This document shows positions 21,884 through 32,661 of a stretch of DNA of 64,000 nt, one piece after another. The DNA is taken from assembly GCA_965140585.1 (NCBI GenBank), contig OZ223272.1:493881-557880 (forward strand), written 5' to 3'. The stretch is from Spirochaetia bacterium. Lineage in GTDB: Bacteria; Spirochaetota; Spirochaetia; UBA9216. Both the position numbers and the translations under genes were made by a program. The notes under the pieces were generated by a model that saw only the letters and a list, made by a program, of their open reading frames with translations, had not been told where the DNA came from and searched no databases. Within the stretch, counting starts at the first letter, position 1. Every line of letters begins with the position of its first letter.

Positions 21884-22381
21884 ATGAGAAAAGACTCAAA
21901 AGGACAGCCAATAGAAACGTATTTGAATCTGGCCACGACTTTTGTTCTGATTCTGATGCTCACGCTTCAAATTCTTGCAAGATTTGTTTTCCACAAATCA
22001 ATAGCCTGGACTGAAGAAGTATCAAGAATCGCATTTGTCTGGCTGGTTTATTCAGCAATGGTGTATGCCGCAGGTATGGATAAACATATCCGGCTTACTT
22101 TCTTCCTGATGAAAATACCAAAAGCTGGGCAGAAAATAGTACTTACACTAGCCGATACACTCTGGCTGGCCATGAATGTACTTATTACCTACCAAAGTAT
22201 TTTCTATATCATCCGTCTATTTAAATTTCCCTATATCTCTCAAACACTGGGAATCAATCTTGTCTGGGTTTATTTTATTGTCCCGATAGGATTCGGCCTT
22301 AAATCGTTCAGAATCATCCAATGCATGATTGGCAGGTTTAAAAACGATATTGAACTTTACGACTCAAGAATGGATATGTAG
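21884..22381 (+). CDS. TRAP transporter small permease (DctQ)
   Basis: Four TM segments; QILARFVF...AWTEEVSR...HIRL. Confidence 0.92.
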   Translation: MRKDSKGQPIETYLNLATTFVLILMLTLQILARFVFHKSIAWTEEVSRIAFVWLVYSAMVYAAGMDKHIRLTFFLMKIPKAGQKIVLTLADTLWLAMNVLITYQSIFYIIRLFKFPYISQTLGINLVWVYFIVPIGFGLKSFRIIQCMIGRFKNDIELYDSRMDM

Positions 22382-22392
22382 GGAGTATTGAT

Positions 22393-23682
22393 ATGAGCAT
22401 AGTTTTATTAATGGTAATCGGTCTTATTTTATTCCTGATAATTGGCCTCCCGGTAGCTGTAAGTCTTGGAACAACAGCCTTGATCGGACTGATTGGAAAA
22501 GGAATTCCACTTGAATACATTGCAAAGACAGCATACAACGCTGTTGATTCATTCACTGTAATAGCAATTCCCATGTTTATCCTTTCGGGCGCTATCATGG
22601 AAAAAGGAGGTCTGACAAGAAGGCTGGTTAATTTTGCCAAATCATGTGTCGGAAATACAAGCGGCGGCCTGGCAATCGTAACAGTTCTTACCTGCACGAT
22701 GTTCGCAGCAATTTCAGGTTCCGGTCCAGCTACAACAGCAGCAATCGGTTCTATTCTTGTTCCCGCAATGATTCATGAAGGATATGGAAAAGATTTCGCA
22801 GGCAGCGTCGCAGCCTGTTCCGGCGGCATAGGAGTTGTAATACCTCCAAGCATACTGATGATTATGTATGGAGTAGCCGCGGAACAGTCAATAACAACAT
22901 TATTCATGGCCGGTGTAATACCGGGGCTGCTTCTTGCTGTCTTTCTTATCGGAACTGTAAAACTGATAAGCTGGAAAAGAGGCTACAGCTCAAAAGAAAA
23001 TGAACAGAGAAATGTAAAATCATTTTTTAAGAGCCTGGCTGATGCAAAGTGGGCACTGCTTTCACCGGTAATAATTCTTGGAGGCATTTACGGTGGAATC
23101 TTCACAGTTACCGAAGCATCCATAGTCTCAGTTCTTTACGCGTTATTCATCAGCACAGTAGTTTACAGGGAACTGACCTGGAAAACCTTGAAAGAGACAA
23201 TTCTCTACATGGCAAGAATGACGGGAACAGTGCTTGTCATCCTCATGTTCGGAACAATCTTCGGCCGTGTTCTCACAATCTATCAGGTACCGCAGCAGGT
23301 TTCAGAAGCACTTATTACCACGATTAAAAACCCGGTAGTACTGATTCTTCTGATCGATCTCATGCTGCTGTTTATCGGGATGTGGATGGAGAGTATTACA
23401 CAGATAGTCATCTTGACTCCTCTTCTTCTCCCGGCTGTGGTCGCAGCAGGAGTTCATCCAATTCAATTCGGAATCATGTTTACTATTGCCTGCGAAATAG
23501 GATATGAGACACCTCCGCTCGGAGTAAATCTTTTTGTAGCTAGCGAGCTGGCGGAAACGACTATAGAAGGAATAAGCAGAGAGGCTGTAGTTCTCGCTCT
23601 GGCAGAAATTGCGGCGCTTGTCCTGGTAAGCCTTATCCCTGAAATATCACTCTTTCTCCCTAAACTACTGGGAATGATATAG
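22393..23682 (+). CDS. TRAP transporter large permease (DctM)
   Basis: AIPMFILSG, FAAISGSGPAT, IPPSI, TPPLGVNLFV. Confidence 0.95.
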   Translation: MSIVLLMVIGLILFLIIGLPVAVSLGTTALIGLIGKGIPLEYIAKTAYNAVDSFTVIAIPMFILSGAIMEKGGLTRRLVNFAKSCVGNTSGGLAIVTVLTCTMFAAISGSGPATTAAIGSILVPAMIHEGYGKDFAGSVAACSGGIGVVIPPSILMIMYGVAAEQSITTLFMAGVIPGLLLAVFLIGTVKLISWKRGYSSKENEQRNVKSFFKSLADAKWALLSPVIILGGIYGGIFTVTEASIVSVLYALFISTVVYRELTWKTLKETILYMARMTGTVLVILMFGTIFGRVLTIYQVPQQVSEALITTIKNPVVLILLIDLMLLFIGMWMESITQIVILTPLLLPAVVAAGVHPIQFGIMFTIACEIGYETPPLGVNLFVASELAETTIEGISREAVVLALAEIAALVLVSLIPEISLFLPKLLGMI

Positions 23683-23731
23683 GCATTTGTTTTTATTAAC
23701 ACCAAATAAATTTTTTATAAGGAGTATTTTG

Positions 23732-24739
23732 ATGAAAAGAGTACTGTTGGCGGTTTTATTTATAGCCGTTGTATTGGGAAGTGTGTTTGCCTCCGGCGAA
23801 CAGGAAAACGGAGGTGAAAAAACTTACACAATTAAATTGAGCCATTCAAACACCGAGCAGGATCAAATTGGTCAGGCATCTGATCTGTTTAAAGCAAAGC
23901 TTGAAGAGTACAGCAACGGAAGAATCAAGGTAGAAGTCTACCCGATGAGTCAGCTTGGAACAGAACAGGAAAACGTTCAGGATGTAGCATCAGGAAGTAT
24001 TGAAGCAGCTATCATTTATACAGGAAACTATAAACCATTCGCACCGTCATGCGGTGTATTAATGCTTCCATATATCTTTAAAAACAATACAGAAGCCTGG
24101 AATGGAATGGATTCTATAGCCGGGGAACTCAATGAAAGAGTAATCGCTGAATCAGGTACCAGAATAATTGGCTATTTTGACCGTGGTTTCAGATACCTCA
24201 CTAACTCAAAAAAACCTGTTAATACCATCGAAGATCTTAAAGGTCTGAAGATTCGAGTATCCAAGGTTGATATTGCTATAGAAACATTCAAAGCATGGGG
24301 TCTTGAACCGGTGCCTATGGCATGGGCTGAAGTACCAACTGCGCTTCAGCAGAAAGTAATAGACGGACAGGAAAACCCATACGCTACAATATGCAGCCAG
24401 AAATTCTATGAAACTCAGGACTATGTTACAGAGATTCACTACCTGATATGGACAGGACCTATTATTATCAACAATGCTTTTTATGAAAGCCTTCCTGCAG
24501 ATCTTCAGGCTGCTGTTGATAAAGCCGGACAGGAAGCTGCCCAGTTCGCCAGAGACTTTGCAACAGAAAGTGAAAATAACGCAAAAAAGATCGTTGAAGA
24601 AAAAGGCATGATTCTCAACGGCCCCCCTGCTGATGAAGAAGTATGGCAGAAAAAAGCCCAGGAAATATGGCCGATGTTTTATGAAGGCGTTGGCGGAGAA
24701 GACTGGGTAGAAAAAGCCCTTTCTTTGATGGGTAAATAA
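23732..24739 (+). CDS. TRAP transporter substrate-binding protein (DctP)
   Basis: Signal peptide; EVYP.SQLG, DLKGLKIRV, EVPTALQQKVIDGQENP; AAGGAG RBS. Confidence 0.95.
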   Translation: MKRVLLAVLFIAVVLGSVFASGEQENGGEKTYTIKLSHSNTEQDQIGQASDLFKAKLEEYSNGRIKVEVYPMSQLGTEQENVQDVASGSIEAAIIYTGNYKPFAPSCGVLMLPYIFKNNTEAWNGMDSIAGELNERVIAESGTRIIGYFDRGFRYLTNSKKPVNTIEDLKGLKIRVSKVDIAIETFKAWGLEPVPMAWAEVPTALQQKVIDGQENPYATICSQKFYETQDYVTEIHYLIWTGPIIINNAFYESLPADLQAAVDKAGQEAAQFARDFATESENNAKKIVEEKGMILNGPPADEEVWQKKAQEIWPMFYEGVGGEDWVEKALSLMGK

Positions 24740-24797
24740 ATCCATTTAAGTGAACCGGTATATCGCCGGTTCACATATTAACTTTACAGGAAGAATT

Positions 24798-25631
24798 ATG
24801 AAGGAAACCCGAATATTTGACATAAAAGGGAGAAGTTGTATTATAACAGGGGCAGGAGGAGCAATCTGTGGAACTTTGGCTCAGGCACTTGGTTCTGAAG
24901 GAGCCGAAATTGCAGTCCTGGATATCAATAAAGAAAATGCGGAAGCAATCGCCCACAACATTGATCTGGCCGGAGGAAAAGCACTCCCCTATGTCTGCAA
25001 TGTTCTGGACAGGGAGAATCTCTTGTCAGTAAATGAATCTATAATAAAAGAGATAGGTTCTCCCGATTTTCTTATAAATGGTGCAGGAGGCAACAACCCC
25101 GGTGGCAGCACCGATCATGAATATTATGACACAGCTCCTGACTCAATATCATTCAATGACCTATCATACGAAGGGATGCTTAAAACATTCCAGCTGAACT
25201 ATTTTGGAACAGTTCTTCCTATTCAAGTGTTTTCAAAAGGAATGCTTGAAAGAAAAAAAGGATCAATTATAAACTTTGCATCGGCGAGTTCAATGACACC
25301 TCTGACCAAGGTTGTAAGTTATTCTTCGGCAAAGGCGGCAATTGCCAATCTGACTAAATGGCTGGCTGTTCATTATTCTCCCTACAATGTCAGAGTTAAC
25401 GCTCTTGCACCGGGTTTTATAATGACCGAACAGCTTAAATTCCTCCATATAGATTCCAATGGTAACTATACCGAAAGAGCAAAAAAAGTAGTAGAACACA
25501 CTCCGTTTAAACGTTACGGTGAGGCTGAAGAATTAGTTGGTGCTGTTTTATGGCTCCTTTCTGATGCAGCATCTTTTACAACAGGTTCGGTTATACCTGT
25601 TGATGGGGGCTTTACATCCTACTCGATTTAA
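24798..25631 (+). CDS. SDR oxidoreductase, D-mannonate oxidoreductase (Firmicutes-type UxuB)-like
   Basis: TGAGGAIC, LINGAGGNNP, PLTKVVSYSSAKAAIANLTKWLAV, VNALAPGF. Confidence 0.8.
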   Translation: MKETRIFDIKGRSCIITGAGGAICGTLAQALGSEGAEIAVLDINKENAEAIAHNIDLAGGKALPYVCNVLDRENLLSVNESIIKEIGSPDFLINGAGGNNPGGSTDHEYYDTAPDSISFNDLSYEGMLKTFQLNYFGTVLPIQVFSKGMLERKKGSIINFASASSMTPLTKVVSYSSAKAAIANLTKWLAVHYSPYNVRVNALAPGFIMTEQLKFLHIDSNGNYTERAKKVVEHTPFKRYGEAEELVGAVLWLLSDAASFTTGSVIPVDGGFTSYSI

Positions 25632-25671
25632 ATATTTAATCATATAGCAAACAATCAAGAGGAGACAAAAC

Positions 25672-26406
25672 ATGAGCAGCAGAACAGCACTCGTAACAGG
25701 CTGTGCAGGCCCGATGGGGCAGGCATTTGCCGAAAGACTGATGGGAAACGGACACAAGGTAATCGCCGTTGATTTGAATGATGAGAAACTCAATGAGTTT
25801 GCGGCTAAATTCCCCGGAAAATGCTTCGCATACAAAGTGGACGTATCCAGTGAACAGGACGTAATAGATCTGGCTGAAAAGGTAAAAGCTGAACCTGGCA
25901 GCCCTGACATCCTTGTAAACAATGCCGGTATACTTACAAACAACAAAATAGCATCTACCAGCTATGCAGAATGGCAGAAGGTAATGGCAGTAAACCTGTC
26001 AGGACCATTCCTGCTGTGCAAATACCTGCTTCCGGCAATGCTTGAGAAGGGCTGGGGCAGAATTATCAACATAAGCAGCCTTGCTGCAAAATCAGGCGGA
26101 ATCACCGCAGGAACAGCCTACAGCACCAGCAAGGGAGGCGTAATGTCGCTGACCTACTCGCTTGCAATGGAAACTGCAGGCACAGGCGTCACTGTAAACG
26201 GAATCGCCCCCGCATATGTGAAAACTCCGATGGTAACCGAACAGCTGACCGAAGCAGAACGGGCAGCAATTATAGAAAAAATCCCTGTAAAGCGCTTCTG
26301 CGAACCTTCTGAGGTTGCCGCCCTTGTGGCATTTCTTGCAGGAGAAGAGGCAGGCTTCATTACAGGTGAAATTGTCGATCAGAACGGCGGACTTCTTTTC
26401 GACTGA
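25672..26406 (+). CDS. SDR family oxidoreductase (FabG-like)
   Basis: LVNNAG, YSTSKGG (YxxxK), VNGIAP. Confidence 0.88.
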   Translation: MSSRTALVTGCAGPMGQAFAERLMGNGHKVIAVDLNDEKLNEFAAKFPGKCFAYKVDVSSEQDVIDLAEKVKAEPGSPDILVNNAGILTNNKIASTSYAEWQKVMAVNLSGPFLLCKYLLPAMLEKGWGRIINISSLAAKSGGITAGTAYSTSKGGVMSLTYSLAMETAGTGVTVNGIAPAYVKTPMVTEQLTEAERAAIIEKIPVKRFCEPSEVAALVAFLAGEEAGFITGEIVDQNGGLLFD

Positions 26407-26430
26407 TATCCGCTTACTGCAGAATACATC

Positions 26431-26469
26431 AGCCTCCGGAAACGGACCTTCAGTCTTTGGAGGCTTTTT
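26431..26469 (+). terminator. Terminator of the TRAP/SDR operon
   Basis: AGCCTCCGGA...TTTGGAGGCT followed by a T run. Confidence 0.65.
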
Positions 26470-26530
26470 ATTATAAAATTACAGCCTGAATTGACTTGAT
26501 CTTTATTTTTAATCAATACATTCTTCAATT

Positions 26531-27913
26531 ATGAGCGATATAAAAGTAAATGAAATTCCGGGGATGTTTGAAGGCCCTATCCGGCCTCTGCTTCTCAAAC
26601 TGTCTATCCCCATGTTTGCCGGGATGATCGTCCAGGTTCTGTACAATGTTACAGACACCTTCTGGGTTGCAAGAATAGACCTTGCCGACCCCTCGTATAT
26701 GGGAGGTACAGCCCTTGTATTCCCCCTTATATTCTTTTTTATGGCCCTCGGAAACGGTCTTACAGTGGGAGTGAGTTCACTGGTGGCAAGAGCCATTGGT
26801 GAAAAAAACGGAAAAGTTCTGGGAACAACAGCAGAATCAGGCATGTTCATAAGCCTCATACTCTCTATACTTTCACTTGGAATAATACTGCCCTTTGCAC
26901 CGCAGCTGCTGAAGATACTAGGAGCAGAAGGTGATTACTATGCACACGGCCTTGAATATCTCCGCTATATAATCCCGGCCGGACCGGTTATCTTCTTTGC
27001 CATGATCTTTCAGGGCATACTTCAGGGTGAAGGACTAATGAAATACGTCATGAACGCGATGGTAATTGGAACAGTCCTCAATATAGCGCTTGATCCTGTC
27101 TTCATCTTCCTGCTGAAGATGGATGTACGCGGCGCTGCCATAGCAACAGTCATTGCACAGGCAGTCTCAATGGTCTATATAGTCAGTGTTTTTCTGAAGA
27201 ATAAGTCATCAATCAAAATAGAATGGTCCAAGTCAAATATCAAAGGCGGAACAATTAAGGATATCCTCGCAATAGGAATACCCCAGTCTTTTGCAATGAT
27301 CATAATGTCCATGAGTTTTCTGATTTTCAACAGAATAGTTATTAACATCGATGCTCTTGCCCTCACTGCATTCGCACTCTGCGGCAGGTTTGAACAGCTC
27401 ATGCTGATGCCGGCCTTCGCCTTAGGTGCTGCAATAGTTACAATTGTCGGACAGAATTCAGGCCGTGGAAACTTCGGTAGAATCCGGGAAACTATGAAAG
27501 ATGCATGGCTTATGGGGCTCATTGCAGTCGGAGTCCTGACAGGGCTGATGGTCGGATTTGCACCATGGATCTTCAGACCCTTTACAGACGTTGACAAGGT
27601 TCTCTGGTATGCGGTGATGCAGTACAGAGTCCTCGGAATTTCCTATCTCACAGCACTTGTAGGAATAATCGGCCGCTCATTTTTCCAGGCAATCGGTTAT
27701 CCGCTGCCGGCTCTTTTTCTGACGCTGCTGCGTTTGATTCTTATAGCAATACCGGTTATGCTTATTCTTATATACGTTTTCAATCTGGGGATCTGGGGTG
27801 TCTGGCTGGGTCTTGCAGCAGGAAGTGTTGTATCAATGATTATTGCAATAATTTTTGTTAACAGGACAATCAGCCGGCTTGAAAGCGGAAAGATAAAAGT
27901 TCACCGCGTTTGA
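26531..27913 (+). CDS. MATE family efflux transporter
   Basis: LSIPM...YNVTDTFWV, LNIALDPVFIF, GAAIATVIAQ, G.WGVW; about 12 TM segments. Confidence 0.93.
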   Translation: MSDIKVNEIPGMFEGPIRPLLLKLSIPMFAGMIVQVLYNVTDTFWVARIDLADPSYMGGTALVFPLIFFFMALGNGLTVGVSSLVARAIGEKNGKVLGTTAESGMFISLILSILSLGIILPFAPQLLKILGAEGDYYAHGLEYLRYIIPAGPVIFFAMIFQGILQGEGLMKYVMNAMVIGTVLNIALDPVFIFLLKMDVRGAAIATVIAQAVSMVYIVSVFLKNKSSIKIEWSKSNIKGGTIKDILAIGIPQSFAMIIMSMSFLIFNRIVINIDALALTAFALCGRFEQLMLMPAFALGAAIVTIVGQNSGRGNFGRIRETMKDAWLMGLIAVGVLTGLMVGFAPWIFRPFTDVDKVLWYAVMQYRVLGISYLTALVGIIGRSFFQAIGYPLPALFLTLLRLILIAIPVMLILIYVFNLGIWGVWLGLAAGSVVSMIIAIIFVNRTISRLESGKIKVHRV

Positions 27914-27977
27914 AAATCCGTTTGTATACTGTAATTTTTCATGCTACCATTCAAGAAAAATTTATATGAGGGAAGAA

Positions 27978-28373
27978 ATGAAAAAAACTATAATTGTCCT
28001 TTTTCTGGCCTTGGCAGTATTCGCAGGATGCAAGAATTTTACAATCACAACCCCTGCAACTTCAGCAGGCATTCAGGGGGACTGGCTGCTTGAAAAAGTA
28101 AGCGGTACAGCCTGTGCCGGAGGAATTCTGGAGTATTCAATTGAAGGTGATGTTGGTGATTATACCATTGGAACAATCTACTGCAGCTCAAACGGAGCGT
28201 CTTTCGACTATGAATATGATGATACCGACAGCACAATTACCATAACAGGTGCTGATGCTGCCGGTGCCGGGCTTTTAGACGGCGAATACTACGTATTCAT
28301 TGATGAAGAGGAGATGGCCTGGGAGCTTGTAACAGATTCTTCATTCACTGCATACGAATTCTCGGCACAATAA
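27978..28373 (+). CDS. Hypothetical lipoprotein (lipocalin-like beta protein)
   Basis: Lipobox VFAGC followed by IQGDWLL (GxW motif). Confidence 0.7.
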   Translation: MKKTIIVLFLALAVFAGCKNFTITTPATSAGIQGDWLLEKVSGTACAGGILEYSIEGDVGDYTIGTIYCSSNGASFDYEYDDTDSTITITGADAAGAGLLDGEYYVFIDEEEMAWELVTDSSFTAYEFSAQ

Positions 28374-28934
28374 TCAATCTGAAATCGATCGTATGGATGC
28401 ACCGAGTATCCATACGATCTCATCCATTACCATTGTAATACCATATCCATACAAAAGACCTGTTGTCACCCTCAGCAGATTATTACTCTCATAATCAGTA
28501 TACTTCTGGACCAGACCGTCAACGGCAAGAGGGGTCATCATCAATCCGTGAAGAAGAATACTTCCCAGGCTGTCGTTAAGGCTTTCACGTCCAAGCTCTC
28601 CCCGGGCATCCCTGAACGGAAACACCGAAGCCCCCAGAACTTTTCCGACATTTATACCCATGCAGCGTGCACAGACAGGCATTGGGTAGCTGTCAAGATA
28701 AAATGATCGATCAGGCAGCTGATGGCAGAGCCAGCTGTTATAATAATAGATATACCATCCCGCATTGCTCTCATGTATATAGGGCCCTGTAAAGATCAGT
28801 GCTGTATGCACTGTAAAAACACCTGCATACAATGAACGGAAGACCACCTGTTCAGGAAAGGAGGGCTCAGTCCCGGCTGCAGCTGCATGGAGAAAAAGAG
28901 CAAAGAAAACAAATGCAAGAATCGGCTTCTTCAT
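28374..28934 (-). CDS. DUF2085 family membrane protein
   Basis: CHQLPDRSF...MPVCARCMG and PLAVDG..Q...ESNN.LR..TG. Confidence 0.88.
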   Translation of the reverse strand: MKKPILAFVFFALFLHAAAAGTEPSFPEQVVFRSLYAGVFTVHTALIFTGPYIHESNAGWYIYYYNSWLCHQLPDRSFYLDSYPMPVCARCMGINVGKVLGASVFPFRDARGELGRESLNDSLGSILLHGLMMTPLAVDGLVQKYTDYESNNLLRVTTGLLYGYGITMVMDEIVWILGASIRSISD

Positions 28935-29009
28935 CCATGTATTATATACAGCAGGCATTGATTTTGCTAAGATTAAATGTATAAAATTATTATAAAAAAG
29001 GAGTTAGAC

Positions 29010-29225
29010 ATGTCTGATTTCAGCTATGAAATTGTTAAAAATATTGGAACCATATCAGAGTCGGCAAAGGGATGGAAAAAAGAACTCAATCTTGTATCAT
29101 GGAACGGAAGGGAGCCCAAATATGATATCAGAGACTGGTCGGCCGATCACCAGAAAATGGGCAAGGGCATCACTCTCAGCGAGGCTGAGCTTAAGGCTCT
29201 TGCATCCCTGGCTTCTGAATTATAA
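29010..29225 (+). CDS. PC4/YdbC family ssDNA-binding protein
   Basis: GWKKELNLVSWNGREPKYDIRDW....KMGKGITL. Confidence 0.93.
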   Translation: MSDFSYEIVKNIGTISESAKGWKKELNLVSWNGREPKYDIRDWSADHQKMGKGITLSEAELKALASLASEL

Positions 29226-29239
29226 AACCGGAGGAGATC

Positions 29240-30823
29240 ATGAATTTTATTAACCTTGATAAGACCAAAACTTACAGCAAACTAATGGAACTGAAGGCGC
29301 CGTCACTGAAAGCGGTAATAAGTCCGGAAAGAATTGCAGCATATTCAATCAAAGCTGCAGCGGGGCTGACATACAACTATTCTGCCAAAACTGTCGATGA
29401 GACAATCATCGATACCCTTGGAGAACTGGCTCTTGAACAGGAACTCATTCAGAAATACATGAGCATACTCAAAGGCGAGCGGATGAATACAGGTGAGAAC
29501 CGTATGGTGCTTCATCAGCTGACCCGCGGAATCACAGTAGCTCCGGTTTCCGAGAACGAACAGAATCTTGCTGATTTTTACGTTGAACAGCAGAAAAAGA
29601 CCGCTGATTTTGCAAAGGCCGTTCACAGCGGAGCAATAAAGGGATCAACCGGGAAAGAATTTGATACTGTAGTGCAGATTGGCATCGGCGGATCGGATCT
29701 TGGTCCAAGGGCGCTTTATCTTGCGCTTGAGGGATGGGCTGAGGTCAATAATAAAGCTGTTATGGACGCTCTGTTTATCTCAAACGTTGACCCTGATGAC
29801 GCAACCGCGGTCGCCTCATCAATAGATCCTGAAACAACCCTTTTTATTCTAGTATCAAAAAGCGGAACAACCCAGGAAACCCTTACAAACCGCGACTTTG
29901 TTCTCGAAATTATCAAACAGTCCGGAACAGAAGGTCTGGATCCGTCAAAACACATGATAGCGGTAACAAGCCAAACCAGCCCTATGGCAGGCTCCGACAT
30001 GTTTCTCGACAGTTTTTATATCGATGATTACATCGGCGGAAGATACTCATCAACCAGTGCAGTAGGCGGGGTGGTTCTGAGTCTGGCTTACGGCGCAGAC
30101 AGTTTTTCAGCCCTGCTGGCCGGTGCGCATGAGGCCGATGTTATGGCGCTTGAGGCTGATATAAGAGAAAACGCAGCCCTCATGGATGCCATGATCGGAC
30201 TTTTTGAACGAAACATAATGAACTTGCCTTCTACAGCGGTACTTCCCTACTCCCAGGCACTTTCCCGATTTCCGGCTCACCTTCAGCAGCTTGATATGGA
30301 AAGCAACGGAAAATCTGTAAACAGAAACGGTGAACCCATAGCATACAGCACAGGCCCTGTTATTTTCGGTGAACCGGGAACAAACGGACAGCACAGTTTT
30401 TATCAGCTGCTTCACCAGGGAACCGATATAGTGCCGCTGCAGTTTATCGGCTTTAAGAACTCTCAGAGAGGTTTCGACCTTGAAATTGAAGGCTCAACCA
30501 GCCAGCAGAAACTCAATGCTAACCTAGCGGCCCAGATAACAGCCTTTGCACTTGGCCAGAAAAACGCAAACCCCAATAAAAACTTCAGCGGTGAACGTCC
30601 GTCAAGTCTTCTCTGGGGTTCGGATCTTAACCCTGAATCACTTGGGGCTCTGCTTGCCCACTTCGAGAACAAGGTAATGTTCCAGGGCCTTGCATGGAAC
30701 ATCAACTCCTTTGACCAGGAAGGTGTTCAGCTTGGTAAGGTTCTGGCCAAAAAACTGCTGGACAACAACGGAGCCGGAGCTGACGCGGTTCTCAAGGCCT
30801 ATTATCAGATTCTAAACGACTAA
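29240..30823 (+). CDS. pgi: Glucose-6-phosphate isomerase
   Basis: IGIGGSDLGP, SKSGTTQET, IGGRYS, QQLDMESNGK, GTNGQHSFYQLLHQG, FDQEGVQLGK. Confidence 0.97.
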   Translation: MNFINLDKTKTYSKLMELKAPSLKAVISPERIAAYSIKAAAGLTYNYSAKTVDETIIDTLGELALEQELIQKYMSILKGERMNTGENRMVLHQLTRGITVAPVSENEQNLADFYVEQQKKTADFAKAVHSGAIKGSTGKEFDTVVQIGIGGSDLGPRALYLALEGWAEVNNKAVMDALFISNVDPDDATAVASSIDPETTLFILVSKSGTTQETLTNRDFVLEIIKQSGTEGLDPSKHMIAVTSQTSPMAGSDMFLDSFYIDDYIGGRYSSTSAVGGVVLSLAYGADSFSALLAGAHEADVMALEADIRENAALMDAMIGLFERNIMNLPSTAVLPYSQALSRFPAHLQQLDMESNGKSVNRNGEPIAYSTGPVIFGEPGTNGQHSFYQLLHQGTDIVPLQFIGFKNSQRGFDLEIEGSTSQQKLNANLAAQITAFALGQKNANPNKNFSGERPSSLLWGSDLNPESLGALLAHFENKVMFQGLAWNINSFDQEGVQLGKVLAKKLLDNNGAGADAVLKAYYQILND

Positions 30824-30846
30824 ATCCCGCAAAAATGCATGTTTAA

Positions 30847-30881
30847 CGGCCGGAGGTACTTTTCAGTCTCCGGCCGATTTA
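30847..30881 (+). terminator. Terminator after pgi
   Basis: CGGCCGGAG...CTCCGGCCG followed by a T-rich tract. Confidence 0.6.
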
Positions 30882-30920
30882 TTTATTGAATTTTTCTCAT
30901 AGACAGTTGATAATGTAGGG

Positions 30921-32558
30921 ATGCTTAATAGAAATTTTGTAGAAACCATAAAACAGAGCCTTACTGAGAACTGGGACAGGCCCTGCTTTTCAAATTACGG
31001 TGAAGAGATCTTTTACTACCGTGACGTTGCCGAGAGTATACTCACTTTTCACGAAGCCTTCAGGATAAACGGAATAGAACCCGGCAATAAGATTGCAGTC
31101 TGCGGAAGAAATTCCGTCAACTGGGCAAAGACATATCTGGCCGCTGTGACATACGGCGCTGTAATAGTACCGGTACTCCCGGACTTTTCAGCAGCAGATA
31201 TCACAAACATTATCAATCATTCTGAAGCCCGCTTCTTCTTCGCTGCAGATTATATCTGGAAGAATCTCAAAACGGAAGAAATGCCGAATCTTGAGCTGGT
31301 AATCAACCTTGAAGATTTCGCAATAATAAAAGCCGGCGAAAAGTATGATTCAGAGGTACTTCTTCACGCCCGTGCAGCACTTGAGAAGAAATACCCCGGC
31401 GGACTCACCCCGGAATCGGTACAGTTTGATGAAATTTCAAACGATACCCTCGAATCAATAGTTTATACATCAGGAACAACCGGATTTTCAAAGGGTGTAA
31501 TGCTTAACCACAACTGTATGATTGCAAACGTTGACTATGCGCAGCATAACATAGCGCTTAAAGCCGGAGACAAGATTGTCAGTTTTCTGCCGGTTGCACA
31601 CAGTTTCGGCTGCGCATTCGAGTTCCTTTTCCCTTTCAATACGGGCTGCCATATAACTTTCCTGCACAAGAGGGTTTCTCCTCAGCTGATAATGAAGGCT
31701 TTCGGGGAAATCAGTCCAAGGCTCATCCTTTCAGTTCCGCTTGTTATTGAAAAAATATACTTCAAACAGCTGAAACCGATTTTGAATAAACCATATGCTA
31801 AACTCCCGTTTATAAAGCAGATCCTCGACAGGGTCATTTACAAGAAGCTCACCGCTACTTTCGGCGGAAACTTTATATCAATTGTCATAGGAGCAGCAGC
31901 GTTCAACCCGGAAGTTGAAGCCTTCCTCAGCAGGATCAAATTCAGATTTACTGTAGGCTATGGAATGACCGAATGCGGACCGCTTATCAGCTACATGCCC
32001 TGGGATATCTATAAAAGCGCTTCTGCAGGCCGTATTATAAATCACCTCGAATGTAAAATAGATTCTGAGGATCCGCAGAATGTCCTGGGTGAAATATGCG
32101 TTCGCGGCGAGAACGTAATGCTCGGCTACTATAAAAATGAAGAGGCAACCGCCCAGTCCATCGACAAGGACGGATGGCTCCATACCGGAGACATGGGAAC
32201 CCTCGATCCGGACGGAACAGTCTATATCAAGGGCCGCTGCAAGAACATGCTGCTGGGACCTGCCGGACAGAACATCTACCCTGAAGAAATTGAAGCAAAA
32301 CTGAATAATTCAGACATTATTGCAGACTCTTTGGTAATATCACGTGATCACCGGATCATCGCAATCGTATACGCAGATCCTGACTACATCGAATCAAAAA
32401 GTCTTTCCGATGCCGATGTGGATAAGGCATTATATGATGCAATGAAAACACTAAATAAAGAACTTCCTTCCTATTCAACTCTGGTAGCCATAGAAAGAAG
32501 GAAAGAGGAATTCCAGAAAACACCTACTGCAAAAATTAAACGATACCTCTACGAATAA
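30921..32558 (+). CDS. Long-chain-fatty-acid--CoA ligase (AMP-binding)
   Basis: YTSGTTGFSKGVML, GYGMTE, GWLHTGDMG, IKGR. Confidence 0.92.
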   Translation: MLNRNFVETIKQSLTENWDRPCFSNYGEEIFYYRDVAESILTFHEAFRINGIEPGNKIAVCGRNSVNWAKTYLAAVTYGAVIVPVLPDFSAADITNIINHSEARFFFAADYIWKNLKTEEMPNLELVINLEDFAIIKAGEKYDSEVLLHARAALEKKYPGGLTPESVQFDEISNDTLESIVYTSGTTGFSKGVMLNHNCMIANVDYAQHNIALKAGDKIVSFLPVAHSFGCAFEFLFPFNTGCHITFLHKRVSPQLIMKAFGEISPRLILSVPLVIEKIYFKQLKPILNKPYAKLPFIKQILDRVIYKKLTATFGGNFISIVIGAAAFNPEVEAFLSRIKFRFTVGYGMTECGPLISYMPWDIYKSASAGRIINHLECKIDSEDPQNVLGEICVRGENVMLGYYKNEEATAQSIDKDGWLHTGDMGTLDPDGTVYIKGRCKNMLLGPAGQNIYPEEIEAKLNNSDIIADSLVISRDHRIIAIVYADPDYIESKSLSDADVDKALYDAMKTLNKELPSYSTLVAIERRKEEFQKTPTAKIKRYLYE

Positions 32559-32581
32559 AAATAACAGCTGTCTAATAATAT

Positions 32582-32615
32582 CGGGAGCATCCTTCACTAA
32601 GGGAGCTCCCGTTTT
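32582..32615 (+). terminator. Terminator after the acyl-CoA ligase gene
   Basis: CGGGAGC...GCTCCCG followed by TTTT. Confidence 0.65.
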
Positions 32616-32624
32616 ATATAATCC

Positions 32625-32653
32625 TTGACCCCTTCATAAATAGAATATAAAAT
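32625..32653 (+). promoter_or_regulatory. sigma70 promoter of the riboswitch-controlled operon
   Basis: TTGACC(32625)-17-TAAAAT(32648), placing +1 near 32660 immediately before the riboswitch. Confidence 0.7.
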
Positions 32654-32661
32654 AATCCCGT